DNA of 64,000 bases from Lytechinus pictus (GCF_037042905.1 NC_087246.1:2110001-2174000), one strand, 5' to 3'; counted from the stretch's first letter, positions 25,372 to 38,647 are shown. Notes: generated by a model not told the origin, from the letters alone. Program-made: numbers and translations.

Positions 25372-27287
25372 TTAAGAACAGCTTTATGAATCCCCCTGGC
25401 CTCTGTCATGCAAGCAAAATGAGGCAGGGTCGGGGGCAGGGTTACAAGAATATTGCATGGTCTTAGTTCACAACATGATTGGGAGTTTGCAAATAAAATT
25501 AGCAATGACTTAACTTTCTTACATTTTATCAAATTTTGATGAAATTTGCAGTGCTCTGTTTTTCTGTTTTTGGCCATTAAGCTACCTCAATGTATTGAGA
25601 CATTGCATCTGGGTGAATTTCTGGAATAAATAAAACTAGAAAGAATAGTACATGTATATACGACGTAAGTCGTTTATAGCTATGTCACCCTCAGGATATT
25701 CCTTCATAAAATGACAGGCTAATTTGAATACTTAATCATCATTATCAGCTCATAATAATCATGATAATGATACAAATTATAAAAAGAAGGTTGTATATAC
25801 ATAGAAATACTGCAATATTGTATACATACCATTACCAACTGTTTGACATTCCAAAAAAAATGCATTAATTCTGGTATATCAGTCATTAAATTTATGCGAA
25901 TGCAGCACCACTGAAAATACAATATGTTATGCATAATACAGTATTATATATATTCGCCGAGAAAATATTGCACCATTACTAATTAGAAAAAATCATAGTT
26001 TTCCGTTAGAAAACTTAGATGTTTGCTTTGAAATAGAAGAGCTCTGTTGTAAAATTTGGATGAGACTAACAAGAGTCAAAATCCGCAAAAACTTTGAATC
26101 CTCATACTAAATTCATGGCCATGATGGCAGTTTCACCCCCTAACCGACTCCAAACCGATCAAAGCTATTACGTCATTACCAATGACATGACATACCATCG
26201 GTCGGTTTGGAGTCGTATAGTGTGACTAGCATTATGTACCTCTAAAACAATACAAACTTGCAAAACAACTTTCAAAATAAATATAGGCCTACGATTTGAG
26301 GCTAATACTCAATATATACATGTAAATGGAAAATGGATACTGGGCTGAACCTGCTTACTAAGATATACACATAATAATGAACATTAAAAAACAAATCAGC
26401 AGCATACGATACGTTAAGGAACCCTGTACTTCGAATGCATCTTGAACCCTACTGAATTACAATCCCACAAAATCATGAGAATTTCTACTTAATAATTATG
26501 TTTTTTATTCATATATTATCTTCTTGTAGCAAAGTAATGTGCAACGATTGCGATCTTATTGAAAATCAGTAGTTATTATTCTGTGTTTTTTTTTACATGC
26601 ATGGAACAGAAATTCGGAATCATTGAAACCTTATAAAAAGTCATTGATGTTTCATCAATTTTTTAGAATCTTACTCGTTTATTATCACTTTTCCTTCAAA
26701 TCATAATTCCCGGAGAACCGGTTCAAAATGGCCTTTCGAGCTCAGCCAATGTCATAACTCCTGTCGAATCAATTGTCACGATTCGCTCAAACTCTTTGAT
26801 TTTCGTGTATCAAGAAAGCTTCAGCACTTTTAGGAGTTCGGACATTGACGGCACTCGTTTACCCTTTCTAGAGGTTTTAAAATGTGAAATGCATTCTGGA
26901 CCATTTGAGCTTATTTCACCAAAATGTTTACCACGTAGATACCATTTCATTTATTCACTTAAAACATGACTAAAACTAATATTTCCAGAAAATGAAGATC
27001 GCAGTAAACACGTATGAAGTTATTCAGATGAATTGTATTTCAGTAGGAATCAAATTTCATCAGAAAAAGGCGAATCCTTCAACTTTTGCATAATAAAATA
27101 ACTGTATTTGTTCGAAAACTTTCGAAGCCCGCAAAACACATTGATAACATCGTAACTTGTTTAACAAGTCATATAACTGTTTAAAAAACATGTGGAAGAG
27201 AAAACAAGTGATATTTCAGATTTGTCCTCTAACTACCATCTATATAGCATCGCTCATGGTACAACCAGCACTTGGTACAACAAGCAG

Positions 27288-28380
27288 TTAAACAGGAAAT
27301 ATTGAATTATAAACATCACGGAGATATGTAAACGAGAATTTTGATGACAATTGACCATTTTCCCTCATCCGATCTTGTATAAGGGTTGTATAATCTACAT
27401 CTCCGCGAAGAATATCTTTACACCTCGTGCTTGCATTTGATTTCAAATGGTAAACTATTTCTCGGCTCATATCCTGCGTTGCACTTAAATCAATGCATTC
27501 ATTCTCCAATTCTTGCTGCTTTCTTAGGAATGTAGCGAGGTCTTTGTCAAAATCGGGTCCGTATTCTCTGACCTTTTTCCAGAATGTTTGGTTGAAATGA
27601 TCATAGAGTTTGGCATCAGCGCAATTCCAGTTTCGGATCTTCGCGCGTAGTTCAGGTGTAATTGAGTAACGCAGTGATTTACTCCGGACTCCGTTAGACA
27701 TGTACAACATATCATTGAAGTCCCAGCAAAGCAACTTCTTGAGAAGGACTATTGATTCAGGGAAATACTCTGTCAACATGACTAAGTCAAGTTCTTTCTC
27801 AAGAGTTTGTATTTTATAATCCACGATGTATTCGTCATCGTGGTCTTTATGGTCAAGACCCAGATCAAAAAGTTGCTGATTTTTCATAGACTGCCAATAG
27901 TAATCAAAAGTTCTCATGTTAAGGTATGTTTCTGGATTTTTCATGAATTCTTCAATTGGATTATCAAACCTTGACAAACCAAGCTTTTCAGCTACATGGA
28001 AGTAGCCAAAGGCCGATTCGAACTGTGCCGTTGGTTCTCGAAGAATTGTTAAGTATTTGGCATGGTGGACCACTGCTTCCATTTCTGGTCTATTATATCT
28101 GGCGTGGTTCGTCAGCATGTCGAAACCTCCGTCACCATTTGAGCAACTGTTCTTGGTCGATGATTCAAAGTCGGCGACAAGGGATCGGTGAAAGAGTACA
28201 TTCTGTGCGATAATATGACCTGCTGGACGAACTGCAAAAGATAGATTGTGGCGGTAGCCATAACGTTCAAGAATGGATGCTGTGGTACTGCTAGCAGTCT
28301 TGTGGGTTTTTATAAATACTATCCGGTGTTGAGGGCAGCACCCTGCTGTACAGTTGTTGTGAATTGTAGGTTGAACTTCC
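27288..28380 (-). CDS. Galactose-3-O-sulfotransferase family (GAL3ST/cerebroside sulfotransferase-like), catalytic last exon
   Basis: Acceptor ttcttcacag| at 28381; IVFIKTHKTASST (5'-PSB loop), TILREP..QFESAFGYF (3'-PB), LDLVMLTEYFPESIVLLKKLLCW, WNCADAKLYDHFNQTFW; stop at 27288. Confidence 0.95.
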
Positions 28381-28518
28381 CTGTGAAGAACAAAAAATAT
28401 AAAGTTTCATGAACAATTGTATAATCAGGTATCACAAGATCAAACATTATTGGGAAAGATTAAAAGAAACAGAGCAAATGCACCGAAAAAAAGTTGAAGA
28501 AGCAATAATAATAAAAAT

Positions 28519-29512
28519 AACAAGTGGAATGCCTCTGGCGGTCTCACCTGCATCACGCGATTCAATATAGCAGCAGTGCTGACTTTGAAAACTACTATAA
28601 AATAATTATTCACAAAACAATACTACGTTCATGGACATTTGACCTTGATCATGTGACCTAAAACTTGTCAGTGAAACTTGATTACCCCTATATCCACATT
28701 TTATACACTATATCTATAAAATTTGAAAGTAATGACAGCAATCTAATAATTACCCCTAAAATTGCCAAAGTTTAATGACCTTACATGACCTTTGACCTTG
28801 ATCATGTGACGCGAAACTTGCACAGGATGTACAGTGATACTTGATTACTCTTATGTCCAAGTTTCATGAATCAGATCCATAAACTTTCAAAGTTATGATG
28901 GTAATTCAACAGATACCCCCATTATGGCCAAAGTTAATTGACCTTTGACCTTGGTCATGTGACCTGAAATGCACACAGGATGTTCAGTGATACTTGATTA
29001 CTCTTATGTCCAAGTTTTATGAACTAGACCAATAAACTTTCAAAGTCATGATGGTAATTCAACAGATACCCCCAATTTGGCCAAAGTTCATTGACCCTAA
29101 ATGACCTTTGACCTTGGTCATGTGACGTGAAACTCAAGCAGGATGTTTAGTAATACTTGATTAATCTTATGTTCAAGTTTCATGAACTAGGTCCATATAT
29201 TTTCTAAGTTATGATGACATTTCAAAAACTTAACCTTAGGTTAAGATTTTGATGTTGATTCCCCAAACATGGTCTAAGTTCATTGACCCTAAATGACCTT
29301 TGACCTTGGTCATGTGACATGAAACTCAGGCAGGATGTTTAGTAATACTTGATTAACCTTATGGCCGAGTTTCATGAACTAGGTCTATATACTTTCTAAG
29401 TTATGTTGTCATTTAAAAAACTTAACCTTAGGTTAAGATTTGGTGTTGACGCCGCCGCCGCCGTCGGAAAAGCGGCGCCTATATCACTCTGCTATGGAGG
29501 TGAGACCAAAAA
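28519..29512. mobile_element. Helentron/DINE-1-like (HINE) non-autonomous element, apparently complete
   Basis: Inserted in an A-tract; subterminal inverted repeat gtctcacctgcat / atggaggtgagac; about 6 internal units of about 125-180 bp; (GCC)n near the end. Confidence 0.8.
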
Positions 29513-29739
29513 TGGACAACTCTGATAATATGACGAAATCCTGGAGAGCCCCCCAAGAATGGGGAATGTAGCTGAATTGTTTTATTAATGTTTTGATACT
29601 CCAAGCTAAGATCTAATAATTCCCATCTCAATATAATTGAATTGCAAGCATTTCAAAACAGTACATAACTACAATTCAGATCGACAAATGATTGTACAAA
29701 ATAGAACTATATTCAAGTCAAGAATAACTAGCGTTGATG

Positions 29740-30065
29740 ATGTCTCATGAAACCCAAAGCTGCAAAATAAAAATAACCTATATTTAGATGTGGAAATAAA
29801 CCGACCTATTTCTACAATTTCGAAGACATTTGAGAAGGCTGTATACAACCATGGACCTACTATACTCTGACAGAGTAGTACAACCAACATTTCGTTTTAG
29901 CGAACGTCGATTAAGGTTCAACTCTGATCATGGTCAACGGTCTGGTCACTGGTACCATATTTCGAGACATGAAGAAGATCATTTTTTAAACCATTAAATC
30001 AGCAATGCCACAAGGGTCAACTCAATAATGGGACCATTTATGTTTTGTGTCTATATATAGAAATG
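29740..30065 (+). pseudogene. Highly decayed LINE RT fragment
   Basis: Remnants reading RPISTISKTFEKAVYN and PQGS..MGPF. Confidence 0.55.
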
Positions 30066-30782
30066 TTTTTCTAATTTTCCAATCTATTCTCAACCCAAAC
30101 ATTCGTTATATGCATTATGCATGGAAAAGATTAGAAAGTTCGTGAATTCAATCTCACAAAAAGATTTTTCTAGTATAGTGAAACCCTTGAATAAAATGTT
30201 TCATCTTAAAAAATCATTAACGACCTAGGCCCGTATTCTAAACTCAGGTTTAAATTAAAACCTGTTTGAAAGTTGTGGTTTATCTATAGAGAACCAGTTG
30301 GGGCACAAATCCCTAACAGTAAACATCCAATTTATTAACTAATTTGACACTCAAATTGTCTGTGATTGATAAAATGTGTTTTGAAGTATTTTCTTCATTA
30401 TGAAAGCAACAAGAAACAAAATAGTTTCAGTTTCAGTTTAGTTTATTTCCATTATTCATATACAGACATTAACATGCTTGACATGAGTATAACATAATTA
30501 TATTGAGTTGAAATAAATCGTTATTGAGACAGAAGTTATACGCAATAAGAATTTAAATCAGTGAAAAATGGAGGGGCCTAAGTTGAAAGCAGAGCTTGTG
30601 AGTTATAGGCCCCAATGGAAGGAGGTGATAAGACATAAGGCTATATAGCTATTAAAAATAACAAGGTAAAAGAAAAGCAAAAGTTTATGTACCAATTGGT
30701 TTAATCACATCTGTGGCACGCCCTGGAAGGAAAGTAATGTTTTAAAGGGAGGTATGAAGGTAAAATGGAGCTGCTGAAAGGT

Positions 30783-33685
30783 TTAGATATCTACTGCTGC
30801 CTGAACTGCATAATCATTCAAAAAAGTATGTTTAAGTTTACGTTTGAATATAAACAATGAATTGGAGTCTGAAATGTCTTTGGATAGTCCGTTCCAGTAC
30901 TTCGGTCCTGAGAAAGTAATTGTTTTCTGAGCAAAGGTTGTTCGAGTCAGTGGTAAATGATAAAATGTACTTTGTCGAGTTGCGTATGAATGAATTACAT
31001 TTCGTTTAACAAATAATAAGGTGACAATGGCTGGTTATTCATTTGTGGATAGCTGGAACATAAAAATTCCTAAATTATATCTATATAAGTCTGAGATTTT
31101 GAGAAGTTGATTTCCATGAAAGTAACGACTTGTATGGGAAAGAAAACCAGCATTGTTTATGTTTCTAACCGCACGTTTTTTAATGACAAACAACCTATGT
31201 AGTTGAGTTTTATTGCTATTACCCCAAGCAAGAATACCGTAATTGAGATAGGGCAAAATCAAAGTATTGTAAAGAGATAATAAAATTTTTTGGGGTAGAT
31301 CATGTTTAAGTTTGTTTAAAATGCCTGTGTTTCTAGCCGTTAATGTACAAAGATAATTAATATGTGATTCCCACGATAGTTTGCTATCGATATAAATTCC
31401 AAGAAATTTTGTGGAATCGACTTTAGTTAAATTTGTGTTAGCAATCAATATATCACCGGGTAAAGATTTGATAGTATTACTGAACAACATATAATGAGTT
31501 TTGTTAACATTTAAAGATAGCTTATTTGCATTAATCCAGGCTTGGACCATTTTCAATTCCTCGTTCAGGATTTCAAGGAGGCTGGTGGGGTTACGGTGGG
31601 AGAAAAAAATATTAGAATCGTCTGCAAAAAGAATAAACGACAAATTATCAGATGAATGTTGAAAATCATTAATATACAAAATAAACAATAGGGGGCCTAA
31701 TAAGGAACCTTGTGGAACACCACATGATACTAATCTCGGGTAAGAGTCCTGTCCATTAATACTAACGAATTGTTTTCTGTCGGAAAGATAATTTCCAAAC
31801 CACTCCAAGGCCTTTCCTCGAATCCCATAATGGGATAATTTATGCAGTAAAATATTATGATTGATAGTATCAAAGGCCTTGGAGAAGTCAAGGAAAATTC
31901 CAACAGTGTGAGACATGTTATCTATGGCATGGGCTATCTTATCTAAGAAAACAAGTAATGCATGAGTTGTGGAGTGTTTCTGTCTGAAGCCAAATTGATT
32001 ATTAGATAAGATATTATGATATATTAAAAATTTCATTGTACGTGAATATACTAGTTTTTCGAGAATTTTAGAGAGGGAGGTCAAAAGAGAAATAGGACGA
32101 TAATTACCAAGATGATCAGAGGCACATTTCTTTAGTATTGGTATGACTTTGGCGATTTTCATTTTCTGTGGAACGATACCATTTGTAATGGATAGATTCA
32201 AGATATGTGTCAGGGGTGCAATAATGTATGGTATGATCTCTTTTAATACACGATTTGTTATACCATCATATCCTGGGCTTTTATTTTGTTTTAGATTATT
32301 AACAATGTCGATAACTTCATGTTCTAAGATTGGGGTAAAGAATAAAGAATTTGGATTCGGGGATTTTAAAAAGTATTTAAAGTCTATGTCAGTTGAGGGA
32401 ATGTTATGGGCAAGATTAGGGCCAATGTTAACGAAATAGTTATTAAATTCCTCAACAATTTCGAGGGGATTTAGAATGTCATTGTTATTTATGCAGATTT
32501 TTGGTATTTGGTTGGATATCTTTTTCCTTTTCAGAATATCGTTTATTGTATTCCAGGTACTTTTAATGTCGTCCTTGTGTTTAATGAATTCTTTCGAATA
32601 AAAGTTCTTCTTAGCAAGCCTTAACGAAGATGTTAATATATTACGGTAAGAAGAATACTTGGATTTATTCAAAGAAGTAGGGTTGTTTTTATATTTATAA
32701 AATAGATTGTTTTTTTTATTGATGCACTTTAATAAAGCCTTGGATATCCATGGACGCCTTGGGCGTTTTTTATAATTTGAATGTTTTTTTCGAATTGGGA
32801 TACAAGAGTTAAAGTGATGCATAATTATTTCTATGAATTGTTCGAATGCGATGTTAGTATCAGTGCAGTGATAGATTGCAGTCCAATCAACTGTATCGAG
32901 TTCATTTTTTAAGCGGTTGATGTTGTATAGTGACAGATCACGTGATCCTATATTGTTTTTTGTTTTAGGCTTTGGATTAAGAATAGTATTAGGTATCAAT
33001 GTAAAGATGGGGAAGTGGTCTGAGATATCACTAACTATAATTCCTGACTTGAAAATTGAAGTTCCTCCAAAAAAATATTGTCAATCAATGTAGCTGATGT
33101 ATCGGTTATCCTGGTTGATTTGGTAATCGCTGGAAAGAAATGTTTAGATAGCATTAAGTTAAGAAAGTCATGACTATCAGTGTTTTGGTCACATCGGAGT
33201 AAGTCAAAGTTAAAGTCTCCCATAATAATGCATGTTTGATTATTCAGTATTTGTGCTGATAATAATGACTGTAATGTTTCAATAAAATCTTTAGGATTTG
33301 TATTTGGGGGTCTATAGATTTCACCTATGATTATATTCTTTTTATGAGGAGAGTGTAATTCGACGAAGATAGTTTCTATAGTATTTGATATAATGGTTAG
33401 TTCGTCGTTTATTGTAAAATCAAACCCGTCGGGAATATACATTCCCACACCGCCACCTCGTTTCTCAGTTCTATTATTAGAGACAAAGGTAAATCCTTCT
33501 ATATTATAAAGCGAGGAGGGAGTGTGTTTGAGCCATGTTTCTGCAATGCCGATCACTGACCACTGATATTTTAGTTGTTTAGCAAATGCTTCTAATTGGT
33601 CGAAGTTTCTATTGAGACTCCGAATGTTATATTGTAAAAGTATTATATTTTTATCATTGTGTGTATTTAAATTGGAGAAAAACAT
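30783..33685 (-). pseudogene. LINE ORF2 (AP endonuclease + RT) with one frameshift and one nonsense codon
   Basis: EN motifs NIRSL, IAETWL, GGGV, IYRPPN, GDFN, TLIDNIF; frameshift near the A-run at about 33070; RT motifs SPGYD, QFGFR, DFSKAFD, GVPQGS, FADD; TAA at 31035-31037, after which the frame stays open to 30783. Confidence 0.93.
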
Positions 33686-34728
33686 TTGCTCAGAAAAGTA
33701 GTCAGAGTAAGGGTTGTTACCCTCTACGGTTGTTGATTCGAAATCGAGACTAAGTTAAGTAGTTTGGGGGTTAGGATATGCTTCAGTTGACTGAAGGTTC
33801 TGAAAAGATTCAGAATTAGACAGCGAATAATTTGATGGCAAGGATCCGGCAGTTCTCTGAACAATAGTTGCTAGTTCAGGCGCAGAATGAAATGTATTAA
33901 GGCCACTCGTCATAAAATGTATGTGTTAACACAAATTGCGTGAGAGCAGGGCGGGTAAAATATACCGAAGGAATTCCAAGGCGCACGGCAGATGTGAATA
34001 ATAATAGTACATGAAAAACTATGAAAAGCAAACTAGTACATGTGTTGTTAAGATTGGTTTGATCTGTATATAAAATGGAGATTGTAACTGAATAGAAGGT
34101 GTTCAAAGGGAAATACCCATAGCCTAAAATACAAAAAATGGCTGAAACGCGTAATCCAAAAATGACAATGGAACGCATGATATTGGTTGAATCAATATAC
34201 TGATGAGGGGTGGTCCAGCTACCGCTAAGTTCCAAATTTTGAGAAAAGATAATTGGTGGAAAGTTTTACAGCATGGGAGTTACGACAGTGTCGTTCATTT
34301 GTAGAAAATCAATGGTTATCATGGGAACTAATATTATTTAAGGGAATTGTCAAAACAAAACAACACAAAAATATAAACTTGAGTGGAATATACACCAGTA
34401 TTGTGAAGTAAATAAGTATCAATGCATGAGTTCAAGTTACTAGATTTTAGATTTTTTCATCTGTAAATGATACGCATACCCATTCATTTCTGGAGCCTGG
34501 AAGCCCGCTATATAGGCCTGCAAGATAGAGGAGTAATTAATGTTTACCGATAAGATTCCAAGTATAATTGTAGTTTGTAATCGCCAGGCATTGTGCATAA
34601 TCTTGCCTCCAGACCCCAGGAAAGAAATAAGTAATACAAAAAGAACTCAAAATCCAGAAACATGAATTACCGTACATGTAAATAGCATAGATATGAATGT
34701 GAACTCCACACATCACCTGTCACTTTAA

Positions 34729-34983
34729 AGGAGAATGTAACCCTTAGAACAAGATAGCTTGCGCGAAAACAGAAAAATCAAAGAAAAAGACCAACGGAAG
34801 CCCGAGAAGAATCAGACAAACAATGAGAAAGCCACGAGCACCCGAATACCGCGATCACCAATGCCATGGAGATCCCCACACGGGCAACGCGACAAAGATG
34901 CGCGATGCCACCTGCGAACAACTCTCCCCATTACATTAGTACACATTTCACCCAAATTGCCTCCCCCATCACATCCACCTATC
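34729..34983. mobile_element. One arm of a Kolobok-like MITE, T>C hypermutated, lying inside the LINE TSDs
   Basis: TTAA|aggagaatg terminus; aligns to 24795 onward with T replaced by C; ends at the LINE 5' junction. Confidence 0.8.
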
Positions 34984-36011
34984 AATAGTAAACATAAGAG
35001 ATATACAATATAAGCAGATTTTTAAAAATGTCTGGCTTCCATAATTTTAGCACAGAGTTGGACCGTGGTCTAAATTAAATCTGACTTCAGAATACGGGCA
35101 CTAGTGTTGTATTATAAGCGCTATATAATAATGTTGCATATTTCATTATTGTTGTTGTTTTGGTGGCCGTTCTTCTTCTAGTTCTATATATTCTTGTATT
35201 AGCACAGGTTGATGTTGTAGCATGTTCAAATAATATATTTTCTTCTCTCAATCTGTATATACGTATTTACAAACAATATAGGTTCTTAACAATCCATTAT
35301 TTATTTAGAAATGTAGAACATATATAAAATTGAAAACCCAGGCTATTGTACAATAAACCACCAAATAAAAAGTGTAATATAAAAAAAAGTGGATGTATGC
35401 AAGGTTAAAAAGGTGTGTTCAAACTAGTCAGTTTCTATTGTAAAACGAAATATAATTGTTGACGTAAATATAAAAATTTGACCACTTTTAATCACATGTC
35501 ATTTTATTTTGTTTCTTGTAATTTGCCCTTGTGTGATACATACTTTTGTTGCAGTATTTTCTTCTTATTGATATACATGCGATGCGTATTATGGCTCAAG
35601 TCAAAAGTATTTTAACCATTGAAAAATTTAAGTGTATTAATGAACTCGCTTTCCTTTAGGATATATTTCATATAAAGCATATAACGCTCCCTTTCACAGA
35701 AGTTATCAACAGGAAAAAAATCAACTAAAACCATACAAAGCTTCGCAACCAGTCGTCATCGACTGGATTTAATTGGCCCTTTAAGATCTGAATATTCGAG
35801 TGTTACTGAGCTGCATAAAACACTAAGAAGGCAGCTATTTCATTAAAAATTCGAATTTAACACTGAATCCACTTCTGAAAGCAAAATTTTCTTGTCATCT
35901 TTTCCAATCTCTCTTTCTCATTCTTTGCAATCTTCTCTATGAGACGTTAATATATTCGACTTGGTAACTGAAAACAGTCTTACATCTATAATATCTCTCT
36001 ATATATCATAT

Positions 36012-36307
36012 CAGTAGCGTACGCAGGATATTTTTAAAGGGGGGAGAGGTTCAAGGTGAATGAAATGTTGACAACCAAAACAAGGTCTTCACCACCAATT
36101 TTAGGTGTTTCCTACCCAAAAAAAATTGACGTGGAAAAAAAAAAAGGTCTTCAGCACAAATTTTACGTCGTTTCAGACCTAAAAAAAAAGGATTTTTTTT
36201 TTTTTTTTTTATGGGGGGGGGGGGGGTTGAATTTGAGGGGGGTTTCGGGTATCAAAAAAAATAAGGGGGAGTTGAACTCCTATAACCACACCCTTCGTAC
36301 GCAACTG
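36012..36307. mobile_element. hAT-like MITE, 8-bp TSD
   Basis: TATCATAT|cagtagcgtacg ... cgtacgcaactg|TACCATAT; related to 45886-46044. Confidence 0.8.
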
Positions 36308-36670
36308 TACCATATACCCTTTATTTATCATTCTATTTTTTCCAAGTTAATTAGATTTCAATTTTATCTGAAAGAGGAGCGTAAACTAAATTACATCTGA
36401 AGGAGCATTATACAGCAGGCAGCAGCTTTAACAGTACTTAAGAAAGCTGCATTAATAATGAATGTGAGAACTACATGATTTACATGTACCTCTCAAGCCT
36501 ATGTGAGGGGTGGAATCGAGTTCAATTTGATTCACTTCATAATGAGAAAATTAAAGGGAGTCGTCTGTCCGATATTCTAAAACGAGGAAATGGACAAAGA
36601 AGAACAGTAAATGTGTTGCAATTCCAGAGAACATAAAACGACCTCCTCAGTTCCCCCTCCCAGCTCACTG

Positions 36671-37759
36671 CAGGGGCGGATCCAGCTTTCGCCAATAGGG
36701 GGGGCCGAAAAATATTTTCATCGACATTTTTCTCGATTGGCCGCTATAACCTGATTTTTTTTTTTGGTTTTTCAGGGGGTAGTCCTAACTAAAGACTTAA
36801 GCTTTAATTACATGTAAGTTTTTATTGTTATAAACAAGATAAGGTGTCTCATGTGGTCTTAATATATAATGCGAGCGCGAAGCGCGAGCTAAAATTCTTT
36901 GATATTTCATGTCCTTAGAACTGAAGATTCTGAGCAGTTTTTATAATCATGAACAAAGATAAGTATCCAACTAAACAATGCGAGCGCGAAGCGCGAGCCG
37001 AAATTTTATTACAGTAACGGGAAAAGGGACACAATTAGGACTGTTTTTTAGTGATTAATGAAGATGATACAAGTATCACCAATTAAATAATGAGAGTGCA
37101 AAGCGCGAGCTCAAAATTTTTTATATTCCGTCCTGAAAAATGGAGAGTCTAATTAAGCGCGTTTTTATTTAAATAAAAAACAAGCTGGGTGTCTCAAACA
37201 ATTAAATGCGAGCGCGAAGCACGAGCTTAATTTGTTGATATACTGACATGATAAAGGAGCATTTTGACAAATTTTGGAAAGAATTTCCAGAGAGGATAAG
37301 TATTTCACAAATCAAACAATGCGAGCGCGCACCGCGAGCTGAAAATTTTGATATAACAATTTGTGTAAATCAAACAAAATAATGAAAGTTGAGGTGCGAG
37401 CTAAAATATTGATTGCAAATTGATTTCAGAACTGGATATATTAAGTGTTATTTAATCCTCTTGAATGGGATTCATTACACAGGCAATGCGAGCGCGCAGC
37501 GGGAGCGAACATTTGTATATAAAGTCTATTTTCCAATTCTTCCCCGCTCCTTTTTCTTGTTTCCGGTCTTGTTTCCTTTCGGGGTCGGGCCGGCCGTTAC
37601 GAGGCTGTAAATTACACATCATGGGTATAATACCTCTTTCTTACTTTTATTTATGTTTTTCGTAGTTTCTATCAAGTTAAAGAGGACACTTTTTTCTGCA
37701 GGCTGTCAAAAAATAGGGGGGGCCGGGGCCGGCTCGGCCCCCTCCTGGATCCGCGCCTG
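36671..37759. mobile_element. hAT-like non-autonomous element, 5-bp TSD
   Basis: CACTG|caggggcggatccag ... ctggatccgcgcctg|CACTG; internal GCGAGCGCGAAGCGCGAGC repeats. Confidence 0.88.
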
Positions 37760-37967
37760 CACTGTGTAGCAGATCCAGTACATTCGAAAAAGAGGAGATG
37801 TACTTGGTCACGTGTGTGGCCAAAATTATAATAAATCTTCACTTTAATTTGTTATATCTCTCAAAAGTTTATAGATTTAGCAATTCGAGGTTTATATGAC
37901 AGTATCATGTTTGGTCAATTATCATTTGGAAATATTTCTTTGCGACAACAATAAATGTTCAAGGTCG

Positions 37968-38037
37968 GAGGTCAAAAGAAGTGGGTCACGTGTGTGACTT
38001 CAAATTGTCACACACGTGACCCACTTCTTTTGACCTC
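37968..38037. repeat. Perfect 31-bp inverted repeat with 8-nt loop
   Basis: gaggtcaaaagaagtgggtcacgtgtgtgac-ttcaaatt-gtcacacacgtgacccacttcttttgacctc. Confidence 0.95.
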
Positions 38038-38488
38038 TAGAAGATGAATTCCATCTAATGCAATGTTCCAAATTTTAAAATTTACAATGAGATGTACTGG
38101 AAAAATTCGACAATAAACTTGCCGAGACAATCTTATTAACATTATGAAATTAGACAAAAGAAAGTATGAAAACTTTCCTATGCTTTCAAATAAAATTAAT
38201 TGTAAAAACGAGAAAAAAAATCAAACATTAATACTGATTATTTTGTTCGAGGAAAAAAAATTGTATTATACTACTTTCAATTAATTTGAATGTTCTAATG
38301 TATTAATACTGTTATGATTTTCATGTTGGTTTTTAATCTGATATTTTAAGAGGCCCTATTACTATTATCTTGTTACAAAATATCCATGCATAATGAAGAG
38401 ATTCTTGACTACCATGATGATGACTATAATTACCGGTACACGTTTAGGAGGGATACTTGCTTCCTCCATGTGTATGAATCCAACGTCA

Positions 38489-38647
38489 GGGGAGTGTTTC
38501 ATGAAGGACTTGTCAGACGGTTTATCCGACAAGTCTTATTTTATACGACAGTTACCATAGTAACACTGCCTCACAGCCAATCAGAATCAAGGCAAGTTGT
38601 CAGATCTGACAACTTGGTCGGACAAAAATCTTGATGAAACACTCCCC
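38489..38647. mobile_element. Harbinger-like MITE
   Basis: ggggagtgtttcat ... atgaaacactcccc with tca/tga flanks. Confidence 0.8.

Larger units (their letters stand above)
30426..34983 (-). mobile_element. CR1/L2-group LINE insertion with (AAACTG)n tail and 6-bp TSD AATAGT
   Basis: TSD at 30420-30425 and 34984-34989; minus-strand tail aataaactaaactgaaactgaa; EN and RT coding sequence inside. Confidence 0.92.
30228..35100. mobile_element. Harbinger-like MITE (3-bp TSD CTA) split by the CR1-like LINE
   Basis: CTA|ggcccgtattctaaactcaggtttaa ... ttaaatctgacttcagaatacgggca|CTA; halves 30228-30425 and 34984-35100. Confidence 0.85.

Noticed and set aside
34759..35013. 84-aa plus-strand ORF
   Set aside because: Open mainly because T depletion removes stop codons; it also crosses the LINE junction.
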